Shown one piece after another: positions 26,587 to 36,639 of a stretch of DNA of 64,000 nucleotides. The notes under the pieces are model-generated. The model had not been told where the DNA came from and did no database searches. It saw only the letters and a program-made list of their open reading frames with translations. This stretch comes from an uncultured Thermoleophilia bacterium (GTDB taxonomy: Bacteria > Actinomycetota > Thermoleophilia > Gaiellales > Gaiellaceae), in contig CAWJXR010000002.1 in the NCBI GenBank assembly GCA_963846895.1, forward strand, positions 11,889 through 75,888, given 5' to 3'. The position numbers and the translations under genes are program-made. Within the stretch, counting starts at the first letter, position 1. Each line of letters begins with the position of its first letter.

Positions 26587-27302
26587 TCAGCTGTAGACGA
26601 TGAGTTCGCGGATGTACGCCGTCGCGTACCCGATCGAGTGGACGCGGCTCGCCTGCGACGAGACCTCGTCCAAGGTCTTGAAGCGGGCCGGTGTAGACGA
26701 CCCAGTAGCCCCCGCGCAGCGGGCGCCGGTTCGACGAGTTGAGCACCGCGACCGAGCCGAGGCCGTTCTGCCGTGCGCTCGCGGCGAACTTCGCTGCCGA
26801 GCCCTGGCCGTTTCCGGTCGGGATCGACGCGAGGATGACGATCCAACCGTGCCTCGCCTTGCGATTGCCGCCCGGGCTTGCCGATGACGATCTTCTGCGG
26901 GAGGGAGACCACGCTGACCGCAGGCGCCGACGAGGGCTCAGCGCCCGAGGCGAACGGATCGTGTGACCCGGGCGGGCTGCCGACGTCGCGAAAACCAGGA
27001 TCGACGCTTGCCTGCGCCGAGGCCGAGAACGGGTCGACGGCACGTCCGGCGCGCAGCGTCCGCAACTGTTTCTTGGCGTCGGAGGTGGCGGGCGGGGCTG
27101 GCGGTGCGGGCTCGATCGCCGGGGCGGCGCTCTTGCTGCCCTGGACGACCTTCAGCAGTGTCGGAGACTCGTAGGCCAGGACCCCGACCAGCCCGACCAT
27201 CAGCACTCCGGCGATGATCTTCTGCCGACGCGCCTTGGCAGCGGCCTTCGCCGCGAAGGCACTGCTCTGCCGCTTCCCGGTGGAGAGGCCGACGGAAGCC
27301 AT
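26587..27302 (-). pseudogene. membrane-anchored SPOR-domain protein in the pilMNO operon; two frameshifts
   Basis: Three frame segments join at about 26872 and 26685. N-terminal TM IIAGVLMVGLVGVLAY, a Pro/Ala linker, then a SPOR-like end GWIVILASIPTGNGQGSAAKFAASARQNGL...GGYWVVYTGP|FKTLDEVSSQASRVHSIGYATAYIRELIVYS. Confidence 0.6.
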
Positions 27303-27955
27303 CAGGGCGTGGCGCCGGCGGCTGAGGTGCTCGTCGTCGTGGGCGCCACCGCCGGGGCGACGGCGGAGGTCGGTGAGTAGACGAACGCGTTCAGCGCCAC
27401 CGTCGCCTGGATCAGGCTCGACCGTCCGGCCGTCGCTGTCTGCCCCTGTGTGGGCTGAGTGCCGCTGAACTGAATGCCGCCGACCGTGAACAACCGCCCG
27501 GTCGCCTTCACCTGGCCGTCTCTGAGATCGGCCGACGTGCGGAGGAGCCGCAGGAAGTTCTGCAGGCCGAAATAGTGGCCCTTGACGGTCAGCGAGATCG
27601 GCAGGGTCTCGCTGCCGGCCCCGGGCAGAAGCGGCTGCGGCGACGTCGCGTCCAGCTCGACGCCCGACTGCGCGGCCGCGGCCGAGAGCTGGCGGAGGAT
27701 CTGAGAGACCCGTGCGTCGTCGGGAATCGCCTTCTGGAACAGCCTCGCCGTGACCAGGCTCGACCGCCCGGCAGGGCCGTCGAGCAGGCTCGTCACCGCC
27801 GCGAGCTGCGTGTTCGTATCGCTGATCTGCGCATCGAGCTTGTCGGCCTTCGACTTCTCGGGCGAGATGAGCACGAACCACCCGAGCAGCACGACGAGCA
27901 GCGACGCGACGACGACGACGAGAAGTGCCACGCGACCACTGATCCGATCCATCAT
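27302..27955 (-). CDS. pilO: type IV pilus assembly protein PilO-like
   Basis: N-terminal TM, a coiled coil and a ferredoxin-like domain (LPISLTVKGHYFGLQNFLRLL). ATGA overlaps on both sides. Confidence 0.7.
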   Translation of the reverse strand: MMDRISGRVALLVVVVASLLVVLLGWFVLISPEKSKADKLDAQISDTNTQLAAVTSLLDGPAGRSSLVTARLFQKAIPDDARVSQILRQLSAAAAQSGVELDATSPQPLLPGAGSETLPISLTVKGHYFGLQNFLRLLRTSADLRDGQVKATGRLFTVGGIQFSGTQPTQGQTATAGRSSLIQATVALNAFVYSPTSAVAPAVAPTTTSTSAAGATP

Positions 27956-28548
27956 TGCCCGACACCGCCCAGATAGGTCCCGACGACGGTGAAGTTGATC
28001 GTGTTACCACTTCGGAGCGTGGACTGCAAGCTGAGGTTCGAGAGCCAGGGCAGCAGGGCGAGCCGGTCGAGGACGAGCGCGACGCGGTCGTGGGAGCTTG
28101 CGTTGCCCTGAATCGTGAACGTGTTCGTCCCGGCTGCGGGCGCAGCGGGCACCGCCGGCGATGGCGGCGCGGCGACAGACAGGTTCGTCAGGTAGACGCC
28201 GGTCGGGAGATCGCGACCGAGATCGCCCAGCACGGCGTCCCAGTGCACCCGGTTCTGGACCACCGACTGCATGACGCCGAGCTTTGCTGCGTTCGCGGCC
28301 TGAGCGTCCTGAATCGGCTTCGCACGAGCGGATTGGGCGACAAGATGAGCCTGCGCATTCGTCAGCTCGCTCTTCTTGTCGCTGACGACCGTGCGCTCGC
28401 GGAAATAGAGGCCGCCGAAGACCAGCGCAGCGACGATCGCGGCGGTGCCGCCGATCTGGATGATCTTCCGTCCGTTGAGGTCGCTGCCTGCGCTCGTCCA
28501 GCGGTGACCGGCGCGTGCGTATTCAGGAAGAAGGTTGACGGCCTGCAT
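27952..28548 (-). CDS. pilN: type IV pilus assembly protein PilN-like
   Basis: N-terminal AVNLLPEY (the PilM-binding INLLP-type motif), a single TM and a coiled coil. Confidence 0.75.
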   Translation of the reverse strand: MQAVNLLPEYARAGHRWTSAGSDLNGRKIIQIGGTAAIVAALVFGGLYFRERTVVSDKKSELTNAQAHLVAQSARAKPIQDAQAANAAKLGVMQSVVQNRVHWDAVLGDLGRDLPTGVYLTNLSVAAPPSPAVPAAPAAGTNTFTIQGNASSHDRVALVLDRLALLPWLSNLSLQSTLRSGNTINFTVVGTYLGGVGQ

Positions 28549-29711
28549 CAGGTGTCCACTCCGAGACCGATCGCAACGGCCAGAGATGCCAGGTCGTCGC
28601 GCTCATCGACGCCGCGCTCGACCCGAACACCGACCAGAGGATCGGCGTGCCGGACGCGCGCCCGCGTGAGCCGCTCGAGCTCCTCGACGAGCCCGGGGAG
28701 CTGGCTCGTCCCGCCCGTGACCAGGATCTCGGCGATGGGCAAGGAGCCGGCCTGGGTCTGGTAGAACTGGAGCGAGGCGACGAGCTCCCGCGCGAGGATC
28801 TGAATCTCGCGCTGAATCGCGGCTCGAGCCCGGGTGATCCGCGGGTCGGTGTCGTCGATGGGGTCGTCGAGCAGCGAGACTTCGTGCTTGATCTCCGGCG
28901 CTTCCTCCGGAGTCAGGCCGAGCTCTCGTGCGATCGCGGACTCGAGCTTCGCGCCGCCCCACTCCAGGACGCGCGTGAAGTCGCAGACCTCGCCGTCGGA
29001 GATCGCAAGCGTCGACCGGTCGTGACCGAGCGACAGCGCGACGACCGCCGCGGGGCCGGCGCCGTTCGTCGACGACTCCGTTCCGATCGCCCGCAGCAAT
29101 GCAAATGCCTCGAGATCGATCCCGGTGAGCTGGAGGCGGGCGATCCGGCACGCCTGGATGTAGTGGTCGATCGGCTCCTTGTAGGCGGCCGCGACGATCA
29201 CGCGCCGCGAGATTCCGCCGCTGTCGTCGATCGTCTCGCCGACGACGTGGTAGTCGAGCACAGCCTGGTCGATCGGGATCGAGAGCGCCTCGTGGGCGCG
29301 GAAGCGAACCGCGTTTCCGAGCTGCCGTTCATCATCGATGCCGTCGACGTCGAGAGCGCGGACACCGACGCGGTTCGTCCCGATCCCGAGACGGATCCCG
29401 CGCCGTGGCAGCTTGTGCTCGGTGAAGAAGTTGTCGAGCGCCTGGCCGAGCGCCTCGACATCGCGTACCTCACCCGCCACGACGATCCCCGGCGCGAGGG
29501 GTGCGCGCGCCAGCTGGACGAGCTTCGACCCGCGGTCGTTGACCACACGAGAAGCTGCGATCTGGGAAGCCCCGACCTTGAGGCCGACGAGCTCCTGCTT
29601 CTTCGGCTGCTTCGGCTTCGCGGCAGACTTGACCGGGCCTGCCGGGCGCTGCTTCTTGGACTTGGGCCGCTTGAACAGATCCGAGAGCTTGATTTCCTTG
29701 TTGAGATCCAC
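28548..29711 (-). CDS. pilM: type IV pilus assembly ATPase-fold protein PilM
   Basis: 387 aa with an actin/FtsA-like fold (VGLKVGASQIAASRV..., ILVTGGTSQLPGLVEEL). It shares one base with the pilN start (TGATG). Confidence 0.85.
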   Translation of the reverse strand: MDLNKEIKLSDLFKRPKSKKQRPAGPVKSAAKPKQPKKQELVGLKVGASQIAASRVVNDRGSKLVQLARAPLAPGIVVAGEVRDVEALGQALDNFFTEHKLPRRGIRLGIGTNRVGVRALDVDGIDDERQLGNAVRFRAHEALSIPIDQAVLDYHVVGETIDDSGGISRRVIVAAAYKEPIDHYIQACRIARLQLTGIDLEAFALLRAIGTESSTNGAGPAAVVALSLGHDRSTLAISDGEVCDFTRVLEWGGAKLESAIARELGLTPEEAPEIKHEVSLLDDPIDDTDPRITRARAAIQREIQILARELVASLQFYQTQAGSLPIAEILVTGGTSQLPGLVEELERLTRARVRHADPLVGVRVERGVDERDDLASLAVAIGLGVDT

Positions 29712-29713
29712 GG

Positions 29714-30896
29714 CTAGACCTCACCCGCTAGCCGGAGCTCGCCTGCCGGAGGCAGATCGTCGGCGAACGGGTTCGCCGGCGCGGACGAGATGCCGGTCCC
29801 CTCCACCCAGCCGGACCGCTCGAGCAGCCCGATCAGCTGATCCGGGCGGGACGAGCGAGAGACCGCGACGTCGGCGCTGATCACGCCTTTGATCACGAGC
29901 TCGGACAGCGACTGCTCCATCGTCAACATCCCGCGCGAGGTGCTCGTCTGCATCACCGAGTAGATCTGCTCGACCTTACCGGTGCGAATCAGGTTCCGAA
30001 CGGCGTCGTCGGGAATGAGGATCTCGAGCGCCGCGACCCGGCCACGTCCGTCGGCCGTGCGCAGCAGGTTCTGGGTGACGACGCCTTGCAAGGTCGACGC
30101 GAGCTGCACGCGCACCTGGTCCTGCTGCTCGGCGGGGAACACGTCGATTACACGGTCGATCGTCTGCGGCGCGCTCTGGGTGTGCAGCGTCGCGAAGACA
30201 AGGTGGCCGGTCTCGGCGGCGGTCAGCGCCGTGCCGATCGTCTCGAGGTCTCTCATCTCGCCGACCAGGATGACGTCGGGGTCCTGGCGAAGAGCCGCAC
30301 GGAGAGCTTCTGCGAACGTAACCGCATCCGGGCCGATCTCTCGTTGGTTGACGATGCATGTTCCATGCCAGTGGAGAAACTCGATCGGATCCTCAATCGT
30401 CAGGATGTGCTCGTGCCTTGAGTGATTGACGTAGTCGAGAAGCGAGGCGAGCGTCGTCGACTTACCGGAACCGGTCGGGCCGGTGACGAGGATGAGGCCG
30501 CGAGGCTTCTCTGCCAGCTCGTACAGGCGGGTCGGCATGTTCAGGTCTTCGAGCGACTTGATCTCCGCGGGGATCAGACGGAACGCGGCCCCGATGCTGG
30601 CCCGCTGAAAGTAGGCATTGACGCGGAAACGGGCCAGGCCCGGGACCGAGTACGAGAAGTCGAGCTGCCGCTTGGTCTCGAGCTGCTTCTGCTGCTCGGT
30701 CGAGACGATCCGGTAGACGAGGTCGCGGGTCTCGTCCTCCGTCATCTTCTCGTGATGCGACGAGCCGCTCGAGCTTCCCGTTGACCCTGATCACCGGGGG
30801 CGAGCCGGCCGTGATGTGGAGGTCGGATGCGTTGTGCTCGACCATCACGGCGAGCAAGTCATCGATCGAGGTCACGGTCGTAGCCAAGTGGTTCAA
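29714..30896 (-). pseudogene. pilT: twitching-motility retraction ATPase PilT; one frameshift
   Basis: ORFs 30462..30896 (N-terminus, DLHITAGSPPVIRVNG) and 29714..30745 join near 30755. Walker A GPTGSGKST, Asp box, Walker B ILVGEMRD and His box TLHT. Confidence 0.85.
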
Positions 30897-30960
30897 GTCC
30901 CTTCGGTCGCTCGGACCTTTCGTCGATTCGACGCCCTGTGCTGCTCACCTTGTAGCAAGC

Positions 30961-31003
30961 AAAACTGACGGTCGTGGGCCGGCGATCACGCCAGGCCCAC
31001 GAC
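30961..31003 (-). terminator. intrinsic terminator immediately downstream of pilA
   Basis: Minus strand: GGTCGTGGGCC...GGCCCACGACC, an 11-bp outer stem that can extend inward around a TGAT loop. It is followed by GTCAGTTTTGC. Confidence 0.55.
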
Positions 31004-31023
31004 CGATCAGTCGAGGTAGTGCC

Positions 31024-31434
31024 TTACGGAGTAGTCGCAGTTCCCGAGCAGTCAGCCGAGTTGTACCAAGCGCTGGCGCCGGGGCCCTTGACCGACCATG
31101 ACTTGCCGCCGACAGTCGCGCCGATGCAGTACGAGTTCGCAACGGCCTGCGCAGCCGGGATGACGACGTTCGAGGAAAGGCCCGAGTCGATCGAGGCCTT
31201 GATCGAGACGGTCGTGACGCCGGCATACGTGCCCTTGTCGGCGTACCACGCCTCGACTGAGGGAACTGCCGCCCGCACGTCTGCCTCTGCGGCGCGGTTG
31301 TTCGCGCGATCCTTGAAACCGAGATACGACGGAACCGCAATCGCCAGCAGGATGCCGATGATCACGATGACGACGAGGAGCTCGATGAGCGTGAAGCCTT
31401 CCTCACGCGCGAGCCGCTGCCGCAACTTGTCCAT
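31024..31434 (-). CDS. pilA: major type IV pilin (prepilin, class III signal peptide)
   Basis: ATG 31434 follows GAAGGAGAG. Leader MDKLRQRLAREEG|FTLIELLVVIVIIGILLAIAVPSYLGF with Glu at +5. Two Cys near the C-terminus (D-region). Ends in ...SGTATTP. Confidence 0.85.
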   Translation of the reverse strand: MDKLRQRLAREEGFTLIELLVVIVIIGILLAIAVPSYLGFKDRANNRAAEADVRAAVPSVEAWYADKGTYAGVTTVSIKASIDSGLSSNVVIPAAQAVANSYCIGATVGGKSWSVKGPGASAWYNSADCSGTATTP

Positions 31435-31577
31435 TGAAAACTCTCCTTCGTATTGCTGCTGTAGACAAACAATGACACCTGCATCCTGCAAACCTTCCTC
31501 CAGCTATATCGCCCATACCTGCTCGAAGTTCACCCCCCCTTCGGGGTATTCCTCCCCGGTCACGCGGGTGGCCTTCG
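31435..31577 (-). promoter_or_regulatory. AT-richer pilA upstream region (promoter and 5' UTR)
   Basis: Local GC drop. The minus strand reads ...TTGCAGGATGCAGGTGTCATTGTTTGTCTACAGCAGCAATACGAAGGAGAGTTTTCAATG. I could not assign -35/-10 boxes confidently. Confidence 0.3.
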
Positions 31578-31814
31578 CTACGTCTTCGACACGTCGCAAC
31601 CGAGGTATGCGAACGAGGCGAGCAGGTCGGCCATGAACGCATCGGCCGCCTGGAGGGATCCGAAACTGTACGGCTTCGTCGAGCTCGCCGGCCCGGCGGA
31701 GACGACGACCGCGCCACCCTCGTGACGGAGGTCGACGACGGCCACCACGGCGCCCTCGCGCGAGATGCGCCAGGACGCGTCGGGAGACGCGCTGAGCGAA
31801 GCCGCAGACTGCAT
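31578..31814 (-). CDS. hypothetical small protein between pilB and pilA
   Basis: 78-aa ORF with GC3-rich codon usage like its neighbours. No domain recognised. Confidence 0.35.
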   Translation of the reverse strand: MQSAASLSASPDASWRISREGAVVAVVDLRHEGGAVVVSAGPASSTKPYSFGSLQAADAFMADLLASFAYLGCDVSKT

Positions 31815-31931
31815 GTTGCGACTATCGGCGGGCCTAGGGACCGTCGCACCCCCGGACGGGTGATCCTCGCTGCCTCGTCCGACCGGACCGGTCGAACGAC
31901 CTGGGCCGGCCAGGTCAGCTGGCCAGGACGG

Positions 31932-33743
31932 CTAGGCGGAGCAGACGCGCGCGAGCTCTTCGGAGGACGTGACGCCGGCCGCGACCTTGCCGATGCCGTC
32001 TTCCCACATCGTGCGCAGGCCTTCCTCGCGGGCGGCCTGGGTGATTACGTCGCGCGAAGCCTTCTCGGACGCCAGCAGCTCGAGCTTCGCGGTCATCTCG
32101 AGGAGCTGGAAGACGCCGACCCGACCCTTGTATCCCGTCTGGCCGCACCGCGCGCAGCCTTTCTTGCGGTGGAAGACGGACTCCCCGTATTGGTCGGCCA
32201 GCTCTTCGCCGATGTGCAGACCGATCAGCTCGTCCCGGGACGGCTGATATGACTCCGCGCAGTGCGGGCAGAGCTTGCGCGCAAGCCTCTGCGCAAGAAC
32301 GGCCGAGACGGCGGCGCCGGTGATGAACGGCTCGACCCCCATCTCGTTCAGGCGGGTCAAGGCCGACGGCGCATCGTTCGTGTGCAGCGTCGAGAGCACG
32401 AAGTGGCCCGTGAGCGCGGCCTCGATCGAGATGCGGGCCGTCTCGCCGTCGCGGATCTCGCCGACCATCACGACGTCGGGGTCGGACCGAAGGATCGAGC
32501 GCAGCGCGTTGGCAAAGGTCAAGCCGGCGCGCGGGTTGATCTGGATCTGGTTGACCGACGCGAGGCGGTACTCGACCGGGTCCTCGACCGTGATGATGTT
32601 GATCTCGGGTCGGCTGATCTCGGCCAGCGCGGCGTAGAGCGTCGTCGACTTGCCTGAACCGGTCGGGCCGGTCACGAGCAGCGCTCCGGTCGGCCGCGCG
32701 AGGATCGTGCCCATGCGGCCCTGCATCTCCTCCGACAGCCCGAGCGCGGCCAGGGTCGGCACCTCGCGCGACTTGTCGAGCAGGCGCATCGTCACGGCCT
32801 CGCCCTCGACCGTCGGGAGCGTCGCGACGCGGATGTCGAGCAGGCGGCCCGCGGCCGCAGCGGTGAGGGTGATGCGCCCGTCCTGCGGCTTACGCCGCTC
32901 GGCGATGTCGAGCTTCGCGAGCACCTTGAGCCGCGTCGTCACGCCGGCGGCGAGGCGCTTCGGGATCCGCTGGGCGACGTGCAGCACGCCGTCGATGCGG
33001 TAGCGGACGACGAGATCTTCTTCCTGAGGCTCGACGTGGATGTCGCTGGCGCCGTCTTCGGCGGCCGCGAAGATGAGGGAGTTCACGAGCCGCACCAGCG
33101 GCGCGTCGGAGATGCCGTCGTCCGCCTCGAGGTCATTGTCGCCTTCTTCTTCGCCGAATCCCTCGAGGTCGCCGATGAACGACGCGCTCATCGCCTCGGC
33201 GGCCCTGGACAGCCGGCGGATCTCGGTCAGGACGTCGTTCTTGGCGGCGACGAAGAACTCGACCGACTGACGCGTGGCGAGCCGTAGCTCGTCGAGCCCG
33301 CGCACGTCCTGCGGGTTCGTGATCGCGACCTTGAGCCGGCTCCCGTCCGAGGCGAACGGCATTGCGCAGACGCGCTCGAGCACCGGCAAGGCAATTGTCT
33401 TCGCCGCCTCGGCGTCGACGCCGGCGACGGCCAGGTCGACGAGCGGAAGCTGGTACTGCTCGGCGAGCCGTCGGGCCACGCCAAGGGCGCTCGCGATGCC
33501 TTCGTCGATCAGCGCGTCGGAGAACGCGCCGGCGCCGGCCGTGTGCTTGACCGTGTCGACCTTCTCGTCCGACAGCAGCCCGGTCTCGCGGATGATCTCC
33601 GCGACCAGGTCGCTATGCCCGCCCGGCATCGAAGTCGTCCGCGGCGGGAGCGGAGAATCGGGCTCGGCAACGTCGGGATCGGTCTCATCCCCGTCGACGA
33701 GCCGGAGCTCGGGGTGGTTGTCGACGTCCATCGACTGCTTCAT
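31932..33743 (-). CDS. pilB: type IV pilus extension ATPase PilB (GspE family)
   Basis: ATG 33743 within the 891-aa ORF 31932..34607. T2SSE_N domain, Walker A GPTGSGKST and the tetracysteine motif CPHC...CARC. Confidence 0.9.
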   Translation of the reverse strand: MKQSMDVDNHPELRLVDGDETDPDVAEPDSPLPPRTTSMPGGHSDLVAEIIRETGLLSDEKVDTVKHTAGAGAFSDALIDEGIASALGVARRLAEQYQLPLVDLAVAGVDAEAAKTIALPVLERVCAMPFASDGSRLKVAITNPQDVRGLDELRLATRQSVEFFVAAKNDVLTEIRRLSRAAEAMSASFIGDLEGFGEEEGDNDLEADDGISDAPLVRLVNSLIFAAAEDGASDIHVEPQEEDLVVRYRIDGVLHVAQRIPKRLAAGVTTRLKVLAKLDIAERRKPQDGRITLTAAAAGRLLDIRVATLPTVEGEAVTMRLLDKSREVPTLAALGLSEEMQGRMGTILARPTGALLVTGPTGSGKSTTLYAALAEISRPEINIITVEDPVEYRLASVNQIQINPRAGLTFANALRSILRSDPDVVMVGEIRDGETARISIEAALTGHFVLSTLHTNDAPSALTRLNEMGVEPFITGAAVSAVLAQRLARKLCPHCAESYQPSRDELIGLHIGEELADQYGESVFHRKKGCARCGQTGYKGRVGVFQLLEMTAKLELLASEKASRDVITQAAREEGLRTMWEDGIGKVAAGVTSSEELARVCSA

Positions 33744-34489
33744 TAGAGCAGCCCCAGGTACGCGTGGAGGATCCAATCCCCTGCAAATAGGCCCACGACA
33801 CCGCCGAAGGCCAGGAACGGCCCGAAGGGGATGCCCATCTTGCGGGCCGCGCTCCCATGCCTGGCGAGGAGCACGACGGCCGGAACGAGCGCCGAGACCA
33901 TGCCGATCAGCATCGCCACGGGCACGACGCGGCCGAGACCGACGCCGAGGAGCAGCGCCAGCTTGACGTCGCCCATGCCCATGCCGGCGGGATACGCGAG
34001 GGCTGCGAGCAGGAGGAACGCGCTGGCGCCGAGCCCCGCTGCGATCCACTCGACCGACGGGTGGACGAGCGTATTCGCGACGAGCACGATCGCCGCGGCC
34101 GGCAGGACGATCACGTTCGGGATGATCCGGCGCTCGAGGTCGGTCGCCGAGACGGCGACGAGCGCAACACAGAAGAACGAGCCGATCAGCATGTCGGCGC
34201 TCCAGCCGAACTTGAGCACACAGCCGGCCACCAGAAGCGCCGTGATCGCCTCGACTGCCGGATAGCGAAGCGAGATCGGCGCGTGGCAGTGGCGGCAGCG
34301 CCCGCGCAGGAGCGCGTACGAGAGCAACGGGATGTTGTCGTACCAGGCCAGCGCGACTCCGCAGGACGGGCACGCCGAGCCGGGGCTGACGATCGAGCGC
34401 TTCGCAGGCACGCGCGCGGCAACGACGTTCAGGAAACTCCCGACGGCAAGCCCCGGAACGAGAGCAACGGCCGCGAGAGCCACGTCCAC
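33743..34489 (-). CDS. pilD: prepilin peptidase / N-methyltransferase PilD (A24 family)
   Basis: GTG 34489. Zn-finger CPSC...CRHC and catalytic Asp contexts (SATDLERRIIPN, GMGMGDVKL). The TAATG junction shares one base with the pilB start. Confidence 0.85.
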   Translation of the reverse strand: MDVALAAVALVPGLAVGSFLNVVAARVPAKRSIVSPGSACPSCGVALAWYDNIPLLSYALLRGRCRHCHAPISLRYPAVEAITALLVAGCVLKFGWSADMLIGSFFCVALVAVSATDLERRIIPNVIVLPAAAIVLVANTLVHPSVEWIAAGLGASAFLLLAALAYPAGMGMGDVKLALLLGVGLGRVVPVAMLIGMVSALVPAVVLLARHGSAARKMGIPFGPFLAFGGVVGLFAGDWILHAYLGLL

Positions 34490-34494
34490 TGCTC

Positions 34495-35731
34495 CTAGAG
34501 GAGTCGAAGCTCGTCGGAGGCGAGAACGACGGACGGCAGCTCCGGCTCGGCTGCCGGCTCCTCTTCGCCGCGCTCGGCCTTGGCCGCCCGCTCGAGCTCG
34601 ACCGCATGCTCCTTCTGAGCGCGCCCGAGGGCGATCGTGAAGTCGTGGCGGTTCGGTGCAGCCGAAGCGGCTACTTCCTCGTCGACCTCGCCGTCGACCA
34701 CGAGCGTGATCAGCGCCGCGGTCATCGTCTGCATGTCGAAGAACGATCCTTCGGCGATCGCTTCCGGAATCGACCTCGGCCTTGTCCTCTCTGATGAGCT
34801 CCTGGATGCGGCTGTTCGCGATCATCACCTCGACCGCGGCGCGACGGCCGCCGCCGATGCGCGGCAGCAGCCGCTGGGAGACGACGCCCTTGAGCACTCC
34901 GGCGAGGATCGAGCGGACTGCCGGCTGCTTGATCGCCGGGAAGAACTCGACGAGGCGGCTGATCGTCTCGGCCGCGTCGACGGTATGCATCGTCGACAGC
35001 ACGAGGTGGCCGGACTCGGCAGCCTGGAGTGCGGTCTCGGCGGTCTCGCTGTCGCGCAGCTCGCCGATCAGGATCACGTCCGGGTCCTGACGAAGCGCGC
35101 GCCTGAGCGCCTGGTGGAACGACTCAGTGTCGAGCCCCACCTCGCGCTGGTTGACGATGCAGCCCTCGTCGGTGTGCAGGATCTCGATCGGGTCCTCGAT
35201 CGTGACGATGTGCTGGCGGCGCGTCCGGTTGATGTGGCCGACGACGGAGGCGAGGGTCGTCGTCTTGCCGGCGCCTGTCGCCCCGGTGACGAGGACGAGG
35301 CCGCGATGCTCCTCGGAGAGCCGCTCGACGCCGCGCGGCAGGTGCAGGCTCGCGAAGTCGGGGACGTCACGGGGAATCACGCGGAACGCGAATGAGATGT
35401 CGCCACGCTGGCGGAAGGCGTTGACGCGGAAACGCGGCAGGCCGGGGATCTGGTAGGCGGTGTCGAGCTCGCCGGAGTCCTGGAAGGCGGCGACGCGGCG
35501 AGGGGTCAGCGCACCGACCGTGGCGAGCACGTCCTCGAGCATCAGGGAGTCGAAGGGGCCGAACCCCTCCATGTCCATGAGCACGCCGTCGTACCGCATG
35601 ACGGGCGGCTTGTCGGCCTTGAGGTGAATGTCGCTGGCACCCCGCTCGACGGCGGCGCGGAGGATGGACTCGAGCTCCACGTGGCCCTTATCGGCAGCGA
35701 TGCCCAAAGGCGTGAGGGACAGATCTTCCAC
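34495..35731 (-). pseudogene. second PilT/PilU-family ATPase; one frameshift
   Basis: The N-terminal 320 aa are in ORF 33743..35731 (Walker A GATGAGKTT, ILIGELRD, TMHT). The C-terminus is in ORF 34495..34734. They join at about 34771 (REDKAEV|IPEAIAEGSFFDMQTM). Confidence 0.85.
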
Positions 35732-35942
35732 CGTTCAAACTCCTTCCCCGAGGCCGCTCGCGATCCTGCCGAGGACCGCGGGCGCTCGGCCCATCGGTCG
35801 CAGGATCTGCGAGGCGAAACCGCGGCCGGAACCCCCGAAAGGGCCGGGAAAAACCTACCCGCCGTCCGGGCCGTTCCCTTCAATTGGGTGTTGTTCGCGG
35901 GCAGGGAACTGCCGAAACAAGCGGGAAGCCCCAGGTGAATCG

Positions 35943-36586
35943 ATGACGCAACCAGGCAACTGCGGACAGCACAGCGGAAGAGCTCGAGGTCGTTGCAGCG
36001 ACCGTCGAGGCGCTTGCGCGCGCCCTCGAGCTGCACGACTACCGCCGGGGCCGCTTCGGCGAGACCGCGTCGCACACCGCCCGCGTGACCCAGCTCGCGC
36101 TCCTGCTCACCGAGCAGATCGCGCCCGAGCTGCTGCTCGAGCCGCAGCTGGCCTACGGGTTCAGGCTGCACGACATCGGGATGATCGGGGTCTCGAACTC
36201 GACCCTGCTCAAGCCCGGGGCTCTGACGCTCTGCCGAGCTCGACGAGGTGCGCGAGCACCCGTGGCTGGGAGAGCGGATCGTGGCTCCGGTTCCCGCGCT
36301 CGGCGGCATCACCCGCCAGGTGATCGCCTGCCACCACGAGCGCTGGGACGGATCCGGCTATCCGCGCGGCCTGCGCGGGACCGAGATCCCGCTGGCGGCG
36401 AGGATCTTCGCCGTCATCGACGCCTTCGACGCGATCACGAACGACCAGCCGTACCGCGATGCACTGCCGCTCGAGGCCGCCCGCGACGAGATCCACGCGA
36501 AGGCAGGGCTGGATTTCGACCCGGACGTCGTCGCGGCGTTCCTCGCGCTCGAGCTGCCGGCAGTCCCGCACGTCGCGAACATCTAG
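35943..36586 (+). pseudogene. HD-GYP domain c-di-GMP phosphodiesterase; two frameshifts
   Basis: Three frame segments (35943-, 36085- and 36248..36586) join at about 35970 and 36228. Motifs: HD (FRLHDIGMI) and HHERWDGSGYPRGL. Confidence 0.7.
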
Positions 36587-36639
36587 GACGGCTCGACCCG
36601 GCGTCGACGCTCGCGCGACGAGCGCGCCGTCGTTGCTCT

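Noticed and set aside
31932-34607. The 891-aa ORF read as a giant PilB.
   Set aside because: The first ~288 codons overlap pilD in a different frame and are low-complexity. The PilB homology, and a start that shares one base with the pilD stop (TAATG), begin at ATG 33743.
33743-35731. The 662-aa ORF read as a single PilT-PilD fusion protein.
   Set aside because: The middle ~110 aa are Arg/Gly-rich. The authentic PilT-type C-terminus (IPEAIAEGSFFDMQTM...) is in another frame and ends at TAG 34495-34497. PilD has its own GTG at 34489. The apparent fusion is caused by a single extra base near 34771.
35732-35942. Possible c-di-GMP (GEMM-type) riboswitch between the second pilT-like gene and the HD-GYP gene.
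   Set aside because: There are a few suggestive elements (GGCGAAACC, CCGAAAGGGCCGG, a GGCAG-ggaa-CTGCC hairpin). I cannot build the conserved GEMM-I or GEMM-II helices or the GNRA/receptor pairing by eye. A covariance-model scan (Rfam RF01051 / RF01786) would be needed.
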